This document shows, piece after piece, positions 36,520-49,929 of a DNA stretch of 64,000 nt. The DNA comes from Ancylonema sp. (taxonomy: Eukaryota), in NCBI GenBank assembly GCA_050230475.1, contig JBFLGF010000216.1:1-64000 (forward strand), given 5' to 3'. The number at the start of each line of letters is the position of its first letter. Positions within the stretch are counted from its first letter, which is position 1. The position numbers and the translations under genes were made by a program. The notes beneath the pieces are model-generated. The model worked only from the letters and a program-made list of their open reading frames with translations, did no database searches and was not told the DNA's origin.

Positions 36520-39050
36520 AGGAGACACGCAGCGTGCAAAAGAAGTTTTAACACACGGCTTGTCTATGATTGTCAGACTACGTGGGCATCTTCGACGTGC
36601 AAAAGATGTGAGATAGCTCAGACGACCTAGCAGTTTTTTTTCGTCCATTTTTGCCGGAGGGTGATTTCTACGTTAATGCATTTTGCTATTCCTTCCGTAA
36701 CTGTACTTTGACGACTCTTGTGTTTACTCCGATGTCCTTATGATGCGATTTTGCGAAGGATATGGCCAATGCCTTCACTCTCTCGGAAGAAGCAAAGTGC
36801 AATCCCAGGCTAACGATTCAACGCGCTATGAAAGCTGCAAAAGCCGAAGGTGGGTGTGATCTTCACGTCCAAAGTTGGGAATGCATATGTTATTGTGTGT
36901 CTGTGCTGCCACTGGAGTAGTAAAGGGAGATATTGGAGGTGGCTTCCCATGGCTGACTACTACATCGTTTTTGTCCGCTCAGCTTCTAACATCCTGAGAC
37001 CGTGGCAGCCGAGAAGTAAGAACGCCGGACGAGTTGTACCTAGTCCATCATGAGCGATAGGAAAGTCTTGTGAGAGCAGGGGTGTTGCTCAATTGTCGAA
37101 GGGAGGGCCTCGCTTTCTGGTGGCTGGTGCCACGTACTTTGGCTTGTTTCTGTTGTATGTTGGTCATTTGATCCACTTTGGGCTGTGCCGTTATGCTCGA
37201 TGATGGCTCTCTTCATCAGCCGCCTTGGCCGCTGTACTCCTCTCACTGTCAACTGTGCCATGCCCGGTCCCTCTCGGACCCATAACGTACTTAATATTGA
37301 GGCCCGTATGGACCCGTGTTGGTAGTCTTGGGTCTGCATCTGCCGACATAGTAGGGCTGGCACGGAGATAGGGCCCGGGAGGGTTCTGGCTGCTCGAAAC
37401 CATTTTATGACGTGTCTTTGTTGCCCAGGCGTTGAGGAGTATCTCCGACCCTTTGGTCCCAGCACATGGGCAGGAGACGTCGCTTACATCTTGAAGGGCT
37501 TTACTATGTGGGAAGTTCGGGCAAGATCCTGCCGGAAAGTGCTGGCCATGGACCTGGCGAGAGAGGTGCAGCATCGTTTGCCTCAAGACATGGAGCCTCA
37601 CTATCTTAAGTGGTACTTGATAGCTGCCCACTTTGCGCCTAGAGGTACGTGGCTTAAAAATGGCCTTCGTGCTGCTTGGCAGATAAATCTGAACATTCGG
37701 TTGCATGGCATGCTCTCATCTGTAGGCGTTGTGTCGAAAGCAAACGAGAGTGAAGTATTGCGAATATTTTGTATTTGGTGGCTTTCTAAGCGAAAGAATA
37801 TCATGACTATTTAGTCATTTTCGATACCTGGATTCTTAAGTAGTAAAATATACTTCACAAATTTAATATAGAGACACATTGAAACCCCGTTATTGCTACA
37901 AAAGTCGTGCCACTATGTGTGGACCTATTTGAGACGCCTACTCACTTCGGATAAAAACACAGAATAACAAGTGAAGGGAAGTGATGTGTCTGACTCATGG
38001 TCGGACATGAGGTTTGAGGTCTGAGTTCGAGGTTTGAAGTTTCATACCAATGTTTTTCAGATACTTAGGCAGCGAGATTCTGAGTTCATTATTCAAATTT
38101 AAATTTGATGTTTAAGTAAATTTTAAAGATGTGTTGCTGATAATGATAAATCTTGGAGCGTAGACATTGCTCCCGAGACAGGTGAGCTATTTACGTTAGT
38201 GCTTTACATCTTTGTGCGTTTTGTTTCTTGAAGATGTTCCATGGACTTCCTGAATTGTTCAACTATGGCCTACATGGATATGAAAGCTCTGAGCTCTTCC
38301 TTGTCCGTAGATGTCTGCGGTGGTGTGGCAGCCAGGAATGCGAACACTCAAGCAATGCCTTCAGTAGTCAGAGCTACGGGATGAAGCCCCCTTGCCATGC
38401 TGTAGTAAATCTAGTATTATTATGTGCTATTATTGCACCTTTGTTTGATCATGTGACTAATCGTCTCTATTTTGTGCACAGGACGAGAAGCGACTGGATG
38501 AGGAAGCTCGGGACCTAGCCAGGACATGGATATACGTGTCGGAAGCCAAGCAAAAGTTGAGCTTGCCATTGTGCGTATACTTAAGTCCTAATCATATCCG
38601 ATGTGATTTTCCGTAATGGACTTGGCTCAAGCCTCCTAGTTGCAAAGGACAAACGTGCTTGTGGTTCATATGACTGACATGGTGATAGGGTGTGTCATAT
38701 GGCGCAGGTGCGAGAGCAATACGGTCCTTCTCTTTGGAGTTTACTCCTTGGAGTCTAGTGTTAGTAGCCCTCTTTACACAAAAGAGTACTTGTCGTCTCA
38801 AATACGCAAATTGCGAAAAGAGATTACACTCTGGCAGCTCTCGTGTGTACACTACATCGGCTTTGAGTTTTGATTGTACATATGCGTAGTTGTTCCAGTG
38901 ATTAAAACAAATAGGTATAACGGGGACAAATCGATTTAAAGAGACAAACGTGTGCTGTGAAGTAGAACTAATGCGCAAATCGACACACTTCAATAGCTTG
39001 TTGTACCCAGTTGTACAACGTAGGTTCTAGAAATTGTGATGTAAATAATA
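36520..39050. pseudogene. Decayed multicopy coding cassette of unknown family, copy A (plus-strand ORF remnants ~36520-37810, convergent minus-strand remnant ~38150-39000)
   Basis: 36630-38525 aligns by eye with 62015-64000; 38150-39050 aligns in reverse with ~49930-50800. Shared peptides FRPFLPEG.FYV.AFCYSFRN, CCPGVEEYLRPF, MEPHYLKWYLIAAH, NYAYVQ. Confidence 0.65.
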
Positions 39051-40659
39051 TCGCACTTCGTCATTGGTTGGTACTGGAGGCTTTAGGGGAGAGGGGGGGG
39101 GGATGCTTTGTATTGTATATCATGTATTTGCATTCACTTACTGTAGAGGATCTACAAAAAACATGTCCAAATGAATGATGTGACGGAATTGACATCTAGT
39201 CGACTTGTGTCCGACTTTGATGGTTAGGGTATTAAATTTCATGATTCTAGCTCTCATTGTGCTCTCAAGCACAATCTATAACACACAACCCCAACAAAAC
39301 AAATCCGAAAGTTTTGGCCAGATTGTTTCCTTTGATGAACAAGGTATGGGTTGCTTTTTAAATACCGCTTTAATTGTAAAATTGCAACGGAAGCCAAAGA
39401 ACACGTTTTCTGTCGCAAGTGGCTTCTTACAACATTAGTAGTACCAACACACTTTGTAGACCCGGACGTTGCGGACGCGTGTGCTATCAATTAATGTTCA
39501 AGTCCCACTCTTAGCCACACCCTTTCCCGCTACATAATATCATTAGATAATGCCCCAACCATCTAAGAGGGGTTGCAATCACATTGGTAGTGTGACTGCA
39601 AGGGAGTATTATTTTTAATACTTTCACTTCCTTGAAACTCAACCCTGAAGGTATCCCTTCTTCGGCATCTAAAAAAAATGTCCCTAAAATCGATCATAGC
39701 CCCCAACCACCACTCAAAACGTTAAATAAATCATTGGGTGTCTGGTGTTAGGGCACTAGAGTTCAATTAGCTGCCTTGTGAGCCGGGCAGCTAGTGGCCC
39801 AAATCAAAGCTTCCACGCATATAACAGGCTTGAACCAAGAACCGTAATACCGTACACTCAAAGAGGCATAGGTGCATGAACTGGCGAACCGGGGTCCCGA
39901 GGTCCCGACATCGGACCGGGGTCCGTCCTTTTGGGTCCAAAATCCGGACCGATTGTTTAGGGTAATATCGGTTTTTGGGGGTTTTAAGGTGTTTTCCGTG
40001 GACGGAAAAGTCCGGAAGTATTTATTTCGCAAATAAAATTATATTTCGCATATTGCAAAAATGTCAAAAAAAAATGTTAGACCTATCAATCAAGTAATTA
40101 GAACCTGCAATGCATCATTGTAATTAGCGTTTTCTACCATTTTCGAAGGATGTCACTTGGGAAATACTCTAGGTCATTTAGAATGGTTAGAAGTACTTCG
40201 TATTTTTTCATTTTCCATAGGTTACAATGTAATGATGAAATAATGCTCATGTGAGGCTCTACAAAATGTGGTGAAGGGGCACCGTATTATGAAACTAAAT
40301 CAAATTAGAAACACCTATATCAAACATCATCGTGGATTTATTTTCCACGCTCACAACCTTGTATTCAAACTTCTCTTCACCTTACAAATACATTCCTCAC
40401 TTTCCTATTCTACATAAATAAATGGGTAACTTCCCAATCTAAATTTTACTTACTGTACCAAAATATATCCTTCCCTTTAACGTCAGTTTTTATGAGACGA
40501 AATAAACACGTTACGACTTCTACACCCACTCTTTTTCCCGAAAATCTGTCCTCACTTCGAATAACTTCTTTTCAAGTACCAACTCCTCCCACCCTCAATT
40601 GATAATCAAGTACCCACAAATGACCCCCCGTTCTTCGACCCTTTGACCCTTCGACGGTT

Positions 40660-42900
40660 GAATATGAACATTCGAAGATGTTGTAGCCAGCCTGATCTGC
40701 TACCATCCCAATGAACACCCCAAAAGCAGTCCTGGCAGCAGACTTGTCCCCCTGTCTGTTCTTATCATGACCGACTTTCAAGTACAACACGAGGCAGCCG
40801 AATGTGTGACTCCTGTCCAGTTTGATTTGCCGTCCTGTCCACTTCTCAATTGGGATCCCCCCGGTCAATGAATTCGTGGGGGTCCTGTTCCTTAGCTAGT
40901 TTGCATGCATTAATGCCACATCCCAGTATGATTTAGGTAGTTTTGACCACATCAGCAGGCACCTCATCTTCTCCATCACTGTACGGTTCAGTCTTTCACA
41001 CATGCCGTTTTGTTGTGGGCTGTAGGGGGCAGTCAATTCATGCTTGATGCCTTTCTCCTCACAGTAAACTTTCTACTCCCTGCTAGTATATTCCCCCCCC
41101 CCCATCTGTCCTGATCGACTTTAACGGAAGTCTTGACTCAACCTCCATTTTTTGTACAGTGATGCGTGTTTGACTGAGAGCATCGCTCTTGTGCTTGAGA
41201 AGAGATACTGTAGACAGTCGAGAATTGACCTCTATTCATGTCTGTGCGTACTTAAAACCTCCATGCATTGACGTGACTCCAAAAGGACCTATCAGATCTA
41301 GATGCAACCTTCCCATTCTTGGCATAGTGGCCACATCATCGCTAGCCAATGCATGTCCCCTCTGTCCCATCTTCCCCATGCAGCAGATCTCACAATCCCT
41401 AATCTCTGTCAACTCTCCCTGATTCAGTCTCGGTATGTCTCCACGTCTGACCATGTTTGACATGGATGGAACGCCAGGGTGACCCAGCTTGCCATGCCAG
41501 AGCATGCCTATGGAAAGATTTGCTTGCAGATCAGATGAACCAGGCATGATGATAGATGCATGCAGCAATGACAGACCACCATTCCTCTTTGACATCAGCC
41601 CATTTCTGTCCATTCTTAGTCAATTTAGGACCTTGTGGGGTCTGGGCAAAGCTCAGCCCACCTCTTTGTACCAGGCAGTCGGTGGACACCAGGGTCACAG
41701 CGAACGTAGGGACGTGCAAAGCAATGAGAGGGACGACGAAGAAGCAATCGCCGTTCTTCACTCGAATGTGCACGAAGCCAGTGCCCTCGACCTTGTCGGG
41801 TGTGCCGTCAGCCGTGTGGATGAAAGAGTGATGCATCGGGACGTCGGTGTCGTACTCGACGAAGTGGTCTTTGTTGGTAAAGACGTGATCGGTCGAGCCT
41901 GAATCAAGCTACAAATGCGAGAAACGAGTTCGAGTTGCCATGGCATACCTCGCATCGGATGAGAATGCTGCATAAGCCAAGGATTTGGATGCATCGAAAG
42001 GTGTGTCTGAGCATGCACCAAGTCTAGCCTAAGCGTGCTCTCGAAGATTAGCATCAGGTGCAGCCAATGCCATGTCAGATTTCCGCTTCATGCATTCTAC
42101 CAATGTATGCCCGAGCTTGTCACAGTATTTGCATCGTGGTTTAGGATTGCCATTTCCGAGGCCAGCCGATCATCCACCTCCCCCTTGCCGTTGTTGTCCA
42201 CACTGCGACAGCTTGTGGCTGATCTGGTTGCAGCCATGGCACCTCATCGGCGGACGTGTAGGGCACGCCGACTTTAGGTGGCCATACTGGTTGCAGCCGT
42301 AGCACTGCACTTTCGACAGATCGCGGCTTCCGGAATGTCTGATTTTTCCGTCATTGTAGGTAGCAGCTGTAAGGCTTATCGACAGTCAATTTCTCAGCGT
42401 GTTTTGTAACGTTGTTCACAGCCCAGAATCTCTCTCCGCAGTAGATCGCGTGGAATGCCCGTAATTATTAACACTGCGTCTTTAACTAGACCGCGTGTGG
42501 GCCCATAACCTTTTAGGATTATTACGTGATTGGTGTGCGAGATTGCGTGATGTTCTTTCCGTACAAGGGACTACGTCTCTCAGAGCTGATCAATGCCAAG
42601 GATTGTGTCGGAAGAATAATATAGAATGGTCGGCATCGGGTAGATAATACCACGATGCCTCGTACAGATCGAGAATCACAGAGTGTGCCAACGGTCGGAT
42701 CTACGGACCGTCGGACTGTCACAACACAACAACAGTCAGATCATGTCAACGGCACATGCCGGACAGACTGACAATACATAACGACTAGATGCGGGAACCA
42801 ACTAGAACACACGTGCCCTAAACGGCACAATCAAAACGTCATGTTCGGGTGCCCGGACACACGTCCGGCCCCTTAATACAAGCACACCCTAGGAATCCTC
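40660..42900 (-). mobile_element. Internally deleted copia element (subfamily B): partial 5' LTR, PBS, gag knuckles, protease remnant, integrase
   Basis: LTR remnant 42511-~42900 similar to LTR 31114-31561; PBS 42497-42510; CCHC knuckles near 42100-42310; WHGKLGHPG...CEICCMGK, LHLDLIGP, SHTFGCLV. Confidence 0.88.
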
Positions 42901-42901
42901 C

Positions 42902-43590
42902 TAAAACAATTTGTCACTTAACACGGTAGCGCACAAGTTCACTGCTTTACAATACACGACAATAAATTGTACGGTAAAGCAACAACGTTTTGGTATGATT
43001 TTGGTATGATTGTGAAATGTAATTAGAAAAGCATTCTCGTCGGGCTAATGTACCCGACGTGGCGACACCGGTACAATCATTACTGAACACTTTTCTAACC
43101 GACGGTCGGAACTATCGACCGCCGTCGTGCTACCGCACGTGTGTCTACGGACACGACTGTCACCACATAAGTCCAACTAATGGAGTGGTGACACCGCATC
43201 CTACAACGACTACTAGTTTTTAATCGTCACGTCCGTACAAGTGTGGAAGTGCCGTACGCGGACGGATACTCGGGTGTAGCATACCCGGCTCCGTGTCCTA
43301 CAAGACTCTAAGGCGATCAATCGGACAAGGAAAACAAGATAAAGATGTGCCTATCCGAACTTAATTCCTAACACACCCCCTCGGATGCACAACCTTGTTT
43401 GGCATTGTCTAGTGCTTAGGAGGACTACCCTACGATGTGGCCGGGTAGTAGGTCTTCCCTAGTCAAAATATCAAACTAGGGGCTCCTATCTAAATCATCA
43501 CAAGTTCTCTACGCTCGAACTTGTAGCGCTCCCGCTCCTCGGGCTTTCGGGCCGAAGCCCTGAACATACAAACAAAAACAACAAGTTACT
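42902..43590 (-). mobile_element. 3' LTR (42902-43373), PPT and 3' UTR of a third copia subfamily (C), apparently nested in the subfamily B LTR
   Basis: Minus strand CCGAGGGGGTG|TGTTAGGAATT, same PPT as other copies. The 3' UTR shares TTTCGGGCCGAAGCCCTGAACATACAAACAAA with subfamilies A/B. Subfamily B LTR homology stops abruptly at ~42900. Confidence 0.75.
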
Positions 43591-46500
43591 TTTCTAGTAT
43601 ACTGTGGTTTTTATTAATATCCGTAGAATCCTGAGATTTGATAGTACAATCGATACGAAGCTGAGTATGGTGTAAATCAATACATCCGAATTCGAGAGTA
43701 TAATTTGAGAGTACGGTAGAGTAAAAACTTGGTAGAATTGTATGTAAACAAACGGTAAACGCACTGATGTCGAATGTATTGAGCACGGTCAAGTATTTTC
43801 GAATCGGGTTTGGGAGGACCGTGAGGTTGCAAGGTTAAAAAAAATGATTGGGGCCGGGTATTGGTAAATTTTCTTCTCGTATCCGTAAAGTATCACAGAG
43901 AACATAATGAACTTGCAAGAAATTGACCCTCCTTTACTGGCGTGACACGCTGGGTACTCCGATATCCAGGTTCAATAACTAAATCTATGAAGTATATTCG
44001 TGGTTCATTGTGTCGCAGAGCAGTAAATATAGTAACGACCGGTAACGATTTGTAGCCAAAGCAAAGATTTGCAAAAATTCAGATTTACACAGAATCTCGG
44101 AATTTCACAATTTCACGAACAACTTTCACAACGATAATTCGGCACGCAAATTTTTACAGCAATTTCAGTGAATTTCACAAATAAACCACGCAAATTATAC
44201 AAAAATCGATTATAGCTACTCCTGGAGGCACATGCGATTCTATGCCCCCATAAAGAGGTAGGAAATAAAAAACCGCACTTTTCACGTATCTTTCTTAAAT
44301 TGAAAGCCGTCGAAGTCACGTAGTTGGTGGTCAAAGACCCTTTCGCTGAGTTTGAGAGTACGGTGCTCGCTTGAATCGCGGCAGTGATTGTAAACAACCA
44401 CAAAACGAGGCATTTTTCGAGCTTTATTCGTTGTATTACTCACTGCTAGCAAGTTATCACACGCTGCTCTTACTTGACGGCTTTTTGAAGTAACGAGAGC
44501 GATACAAGATTATATCAACGGATGCGTCGATTCTTGATCAGCAAGCACTCGATTATTATACAATTATGCAAAACTTGTCAATAGGAGCAAAAGAGATGTG
44601 CAAATGGTTTGCACAAACGAGCGAACGCTCAATACAAACGATACTGCGTAAGCAAAAGATCACAACTTGCAAGGTTGCGCGAGGCAAGAAACTCAGAGTC
44701 GAGTGATTCAATGGTGTGCAAGGACAATCTCTTCAGCGTCAAATTTAGCGAAAGCTGAGATTTGAAAGTTTTACAGGAGTGTTTATTGTCAAACTCCAAC
44801 ATTCTACTCGCGCGCTCGCTGGGATACGCGTGGCAAGTAATATCTAAATCAACTCAGAGACACGCTATTATTGGCTGCAGACATCTCTATTTGATTCCAA
44901 GCGGTTGATCTAAAGAGCTACTGTCACGATTGATGTGGATGACAAGTCTGACACGTAGTATAATCAATTCAAATACAAAGGGGAGCTAGTCAAGGTTGAC
45001 CAGTCAAAACTTAATAAAAGGGGCGCCGGTCAACGACGAAGCTCGGAATGAAATGAGCGGGGGCGGAGTCGTGACAAGGCGGAAAAACATAGCGGTGCGG
45101 CTTATTTTAATATCCAATTAAAACATAGGGATTTCTGGCTGACGATTCATACAGGCATGAAAAACGTGCAACACCTCTTGCTGCACGTGCTAGTCAAGAA
45201 GGTGGCACAACACTCCCCTGTGGGTAAGTAGCAGACTAGGAGGGGTACACGAGTGTCATGCCACTAGAGATTGTAAGAAACTATACACTTTTTTATTGTT
45301 GATTCGCTTGGAAAAGAGTAATTTCGGTAATTGTCGTTTTTTTTTCTCGTTATAACGAACTCTGTTGTTATAAATGATTCGATCAGTAAGACGCTTTATT
45401 CGATAATTTTAATAGACTCAGTAAGCCTAGAAAAGTTGGTGTACAACTTTTAAGACTTTGATTCAGAGTATTTGGTCGTATCGACGAGTTATAACATTCT
45501 TAGTGCGCGCGAAGCTAGTTTTCGTAAGCCAGCTAGGCTAGTGAGCGGTAGCACGTGTGAAATATAAAACTCTAAAAAAGAGAGTCAAGATTACATCTCT
45601 AGTCGATGTTTGTTTTCAACCTTTAGATCAAGATAAGTTCCAGAAAGATCCGCGTGCAAAAAGCCGCGTCGATTGTTTAAATTCCAACATTGCTTTTGAA
45701 TTTTCAGATTGCGATGTGAGTTTACGTTGTCTGCATTTCAACAACATCTTCTGCAATCGTCAAACTATTGCAATCTCGGTGAATTCGTGTACTCTAAAAT
45801 CTTTTTCTATCGCTGTCAAGTGTGCCGCTTCGCCTTTGACATTCCCTACAATTTTCCGCGAGCTTCGCGTCGTTCCATCAGACGTGAGTTTCTCTGAATC
45901 TGCGTGCTTGCTTGTGCGTGTTGTCTCATCGCAAGTAACTCAAAATCCGTGTGTTATTTTGCATACGTATCGTGTGATATTATGCCGTTGTCAGAATTAT
46001 CGTTACCCTTGCAATTGTCGCTACCCTTGCAAGCATTGATGTCATCCGTTTTGTTGACGTTATAAAAATCGTTACAAGTCGCTGCACCGTTTCGTGCACG
46101 CTCAATCAGATAATTTCACCCGCTGAATTGTCTACACCCGTTCTTGGTCTTGTGAATCGTTTATTAACCTCGACGCTTGATTTTTTATTATCGTTTCGTG
46201 TGCGTAATCCGAAGCAATGAGTCAACCAATAATTATGCAGCCCTTCTATAAATTATATGGCTATCTGCCCTGAATCCCATCACCAGTAGTTGTCGCGTGT
46301 TGCGAAGTGCTGTGATGAGCGATTCTTGATTCACCAATGTTGTATTCGAAGACCTCCTAGTACTTTGCGTCGAGTGAATCTCAGTCTTCGGCGAGTAGTA
46401 GCTACGGCACTTCGTTGATAAGTCACATATAACGCTAAAATCCCACTCTTGTGTTATCAGTAGGGAGTCAACCTACCCCAACTACTCTAGTGAGATTGAG

Positions 46501-48604
46501 ATAATGACCCTAAGCCCACTCCCGATGGTGATCACCGAGACAAGCAACCAAGTCATCAAGTACCATCCGTCATTTCCATCGACGAAGAAAAATACAAAAA
46601 GTGATGTTTTGCATATTTTTCCAAAATCTATCGATTTCTTTGCTTTTGAAAGATTCCGTAAACAAGTTGTCTGCCAACTCCATCTGGCACGTCATTAGCA
46701 CATTCCCGTTCATGTCATTTCGTGGCATTTTCTCCGCCTCAAACCTCTTCTGGCCCAGATCTCGCGCGTGTCACACTTGAGGCCAGCTAGGACATATGAA
46801 GAGGGACTCTCCCAGTCGTGCCGCAGCGCCGAGACCAGCTCAGAGCCAGGCCGTCTAGGTCGCAGCCGCACTCTCCTACCATCTTTAGGTGCCGCCAATA
46901 TTTTAGGCCCAGCCTCAGCCGGACGGAGGTGGAAAATGACTGATGCAAACCGCACGCCAACTGCACGTTGCAACTAAATTTTTGTAGGAGGAGGGAGCAC
47001 ACCGAAGCCCAGGGCCGGCAACAAGAGGCGGGCATTCCAACAGCGGTATCTAGGACCGCCGAATTTCCCCTAAAGTAGGGAACCGTGATGCAAACGGTGG
47101 CGCATATTGCTACCCATGAGCGTCGTCACTACAATCAAGGGTACACCCTCGACGATGACCCGTACCTTCATAATTGTTACATTCCACATAAACCTGCGCC
47201 CAAGTTGCAAGCCGCGGTCGAGTGTACACCACGCCTAAGACGTTCGTCCAAACTAGGTGTCAAGGAAGTTGTGGGAAGAAAAGTGACATGGGATTGTAAA
47301 GGATCGACACTACGCGTTTTTGGTCCATTCCGCTACTTCTCGATATTTGGCTAAGTATGGATTGTGCTTGTAAGCAGGTTTGCTTGTGGAGAGGGTTACT
47401 GGCCGGGTAGCAGCGCCCCGAACTTCAATGTTATTAATCCGGCGCACGGTTGCGCCCTAATTATTATTGGTTCGTTAATAGATATTGCAGTCGCCGCTAG
47501 ACGACAATATTTTATTCGGCATTCGACGGTTCGAAGTGCCACTCCGCACGCACGGTCTAACCGTGCAGACCAATAGATAAGTGACGTATAGTCACTTATC
47601 ATGCAGGGCTTGGAGCCCGCATCGACAATTCAACTCGTGGAGCAAGTCAGTGACATGAGCAATCAGTGTGAGCTAAGGGAGTGTAACACCCTAAACTGAA
47701 TTAGAGTCGGAGCTCGATTCGTTGGAGGACTCTGCCTTCAAGAATTCACGCAAGATCTAGAGGGCAATTAGTTATGTATTGACAAGCCCTAGTTTGCGTA
47801 GATCTGTATCCATCGTGACGAAGGGTTCGAGTCCTTTATGCTTATTAAGTTCAAATTTGAAACGTGTATTGCCACAGGGCACTGTCTTTCAAGGATTCTA
47901 TCACAAAATCTCCTTTGAGGTTTGAGGAAGTTATGAAAGACACCACCTCCCAACCTAGCTCTTGGTTGGGAAAGCGCCTCGCACGGAAGCTGGTCTCTCT
48001 TGGTGATCTCCCCTTAACTTCAATATCTTCCCTTCCTCTCCTACTGACGCCTCAACTGACCTTACCTGTGCAGTAGACACTCTACCTGCTGCAAAGCTTC
48101 CCTCATCCTAGCCAGCTCTTTAGGAGCCTTCCCTAGCAACTACCCCACCCTTTACGATGGAAGTTCACACTCGCATGGGCCCTATCACGGGATCAGATTA
48201 TAGGAAGGACCCTGAGAAGGCCCTGAAGATGCCGCGTAAATGATATATTCGCCCTTTTGGAGTTTTAGAGCCTGGCACTATGGCTGAGGACAAGCCCCAG
48301 CTCAGAGGCTAATCTCCGACCCTGCTATGGAGGTCGTAGAGCGTGTGCTGAAGACGGCGTGGACAGCTAAGCACCACCTTGGCGCAGCTGCGGGAAATAC
48401 TCACGTTGTGGTAGAGGAGACGAAGGCGCGGTTTTTAATGACGCGGTCAGCGTCTTGAACTTAGAAGAAGGGGTGTACAACTAGCACCTAGTGGGATCAG
48501 ACATATTGGTACCTCAAGCTAGTAGTCGTGTCAAGGACGTAGTATTCGCTTCACCCACACCTAAGTAGCCAGCTCTCACTCCCGAGAGGCACTCCCAATT
48601 TATT

Positions 48605-49084
48605 GTGCCAGCCCTCTCCACTTTCCTTTCAGATGTGCAAGCTCTTCTTTTGGACCCCTCTTCTTCCTCCGTGATCCCTCCCAACCTTCGGAACATCATC
48701 GACTGGCAAAAACAGGGTACACACCGTGCCTCCATTCTAGTCAAATATACCTTGCCACACGCGGCATCGATACATTGTCAGTATATGGAAGCACGTGTCA
48801 CCTACACTTCGTCGGACACATTCATGCAGATCCCAAACGAGGATTTGTTACATTCCACAAAAGAGGAGGACGTTCTCACAAAATTTGAATTTCGCATTAT
48901 AGAAGAAGAATTGTACCATGAACCACAAGATTTTCCAATCGCATCAATTGACACTGAGTACCAACCTCACATGCACGAATGGGAAACCAACATCATGGTT
49001 TACCTAGCCACGACCAAACGTACCGACATTCGTCAAGCACACCGACCACAACTCAACTCTTCATTAGTTTCATCATTTTTGTAA
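48605..49084 (+). other. Orphan 159-codon open reading frame, function unknown
   Basis: Uninterrupted non-repetitive frame with protein-like composition; no recognisable motif, start is GTG, may be a TE remnant. Confidence 0.25.
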
Positions 49085-49929
49085 ATTTCGTACAATATGA
49101 TTCAATCCATATTGTAGTTTTTTGTGTGATGGGACTTATGTTGGTTTTTTTTTTTTTTTTTTCCCCTTTTATTTTATCACGTTTGGCAATGAGACACTGT
49201 GTTTTTTTCGGTGACATGCGAGATCGCGTCTTGTTGGATGTTGTGATAGTACGAGGCTTTTAATATTATTCTCCACTAAAATCGAAATGGGTAGTATCTA
49301 TTCCAAATTATGATTGCATCACCATACTTAATTCTCCGTACGAGCGAAAAATCCGTTTGCTCCTCGTACTGTGGATCGACATGTGGATCTTTTGAGCCCC
49401 AAAAATTTCCCGACCCCATGAAATATTTTTGTGTCGTTGTATACGTCTGCGAGTACGCACTCCAATTGTCGATGTTTTACGAGGATGTGAGTGGTGCAGA
49501 GGTTATGCTCAGCCCGATGATTTACGCAAACTTGTGGAATATTTTGGGATATTATCCACCGTAAATTATCCACGTGAATGTTCTTAGCATATTTTTTTAG
49601 CTATGCTCACGCCATAGCGTCCGCAATTTATAATTATTTGCGCATGTAAGTGGCAGAAGTCGAAAATGAAGATGATATGCGAGGGCGTAGCGGATGCTCT
49701 TAGCTTTTAGCCAATCGAATTTACATGGGAACTTGTTCCACGTTATATTCAATTTCTTACTTAAGATCATAGTTGAGCATGGTCTTCCCCATGCTCCGAT
49801 CGGAGCCAGATCGGATCCGACGCATATCGGAGCGGAATAAAAAAAAAACGATTGAATCGGACCCAACTTCGTTTGAAATATATTCGACTTTCGTCCCGAC
49901 GACTAAGTTTGGCCAAGGTGGAAATTTGC

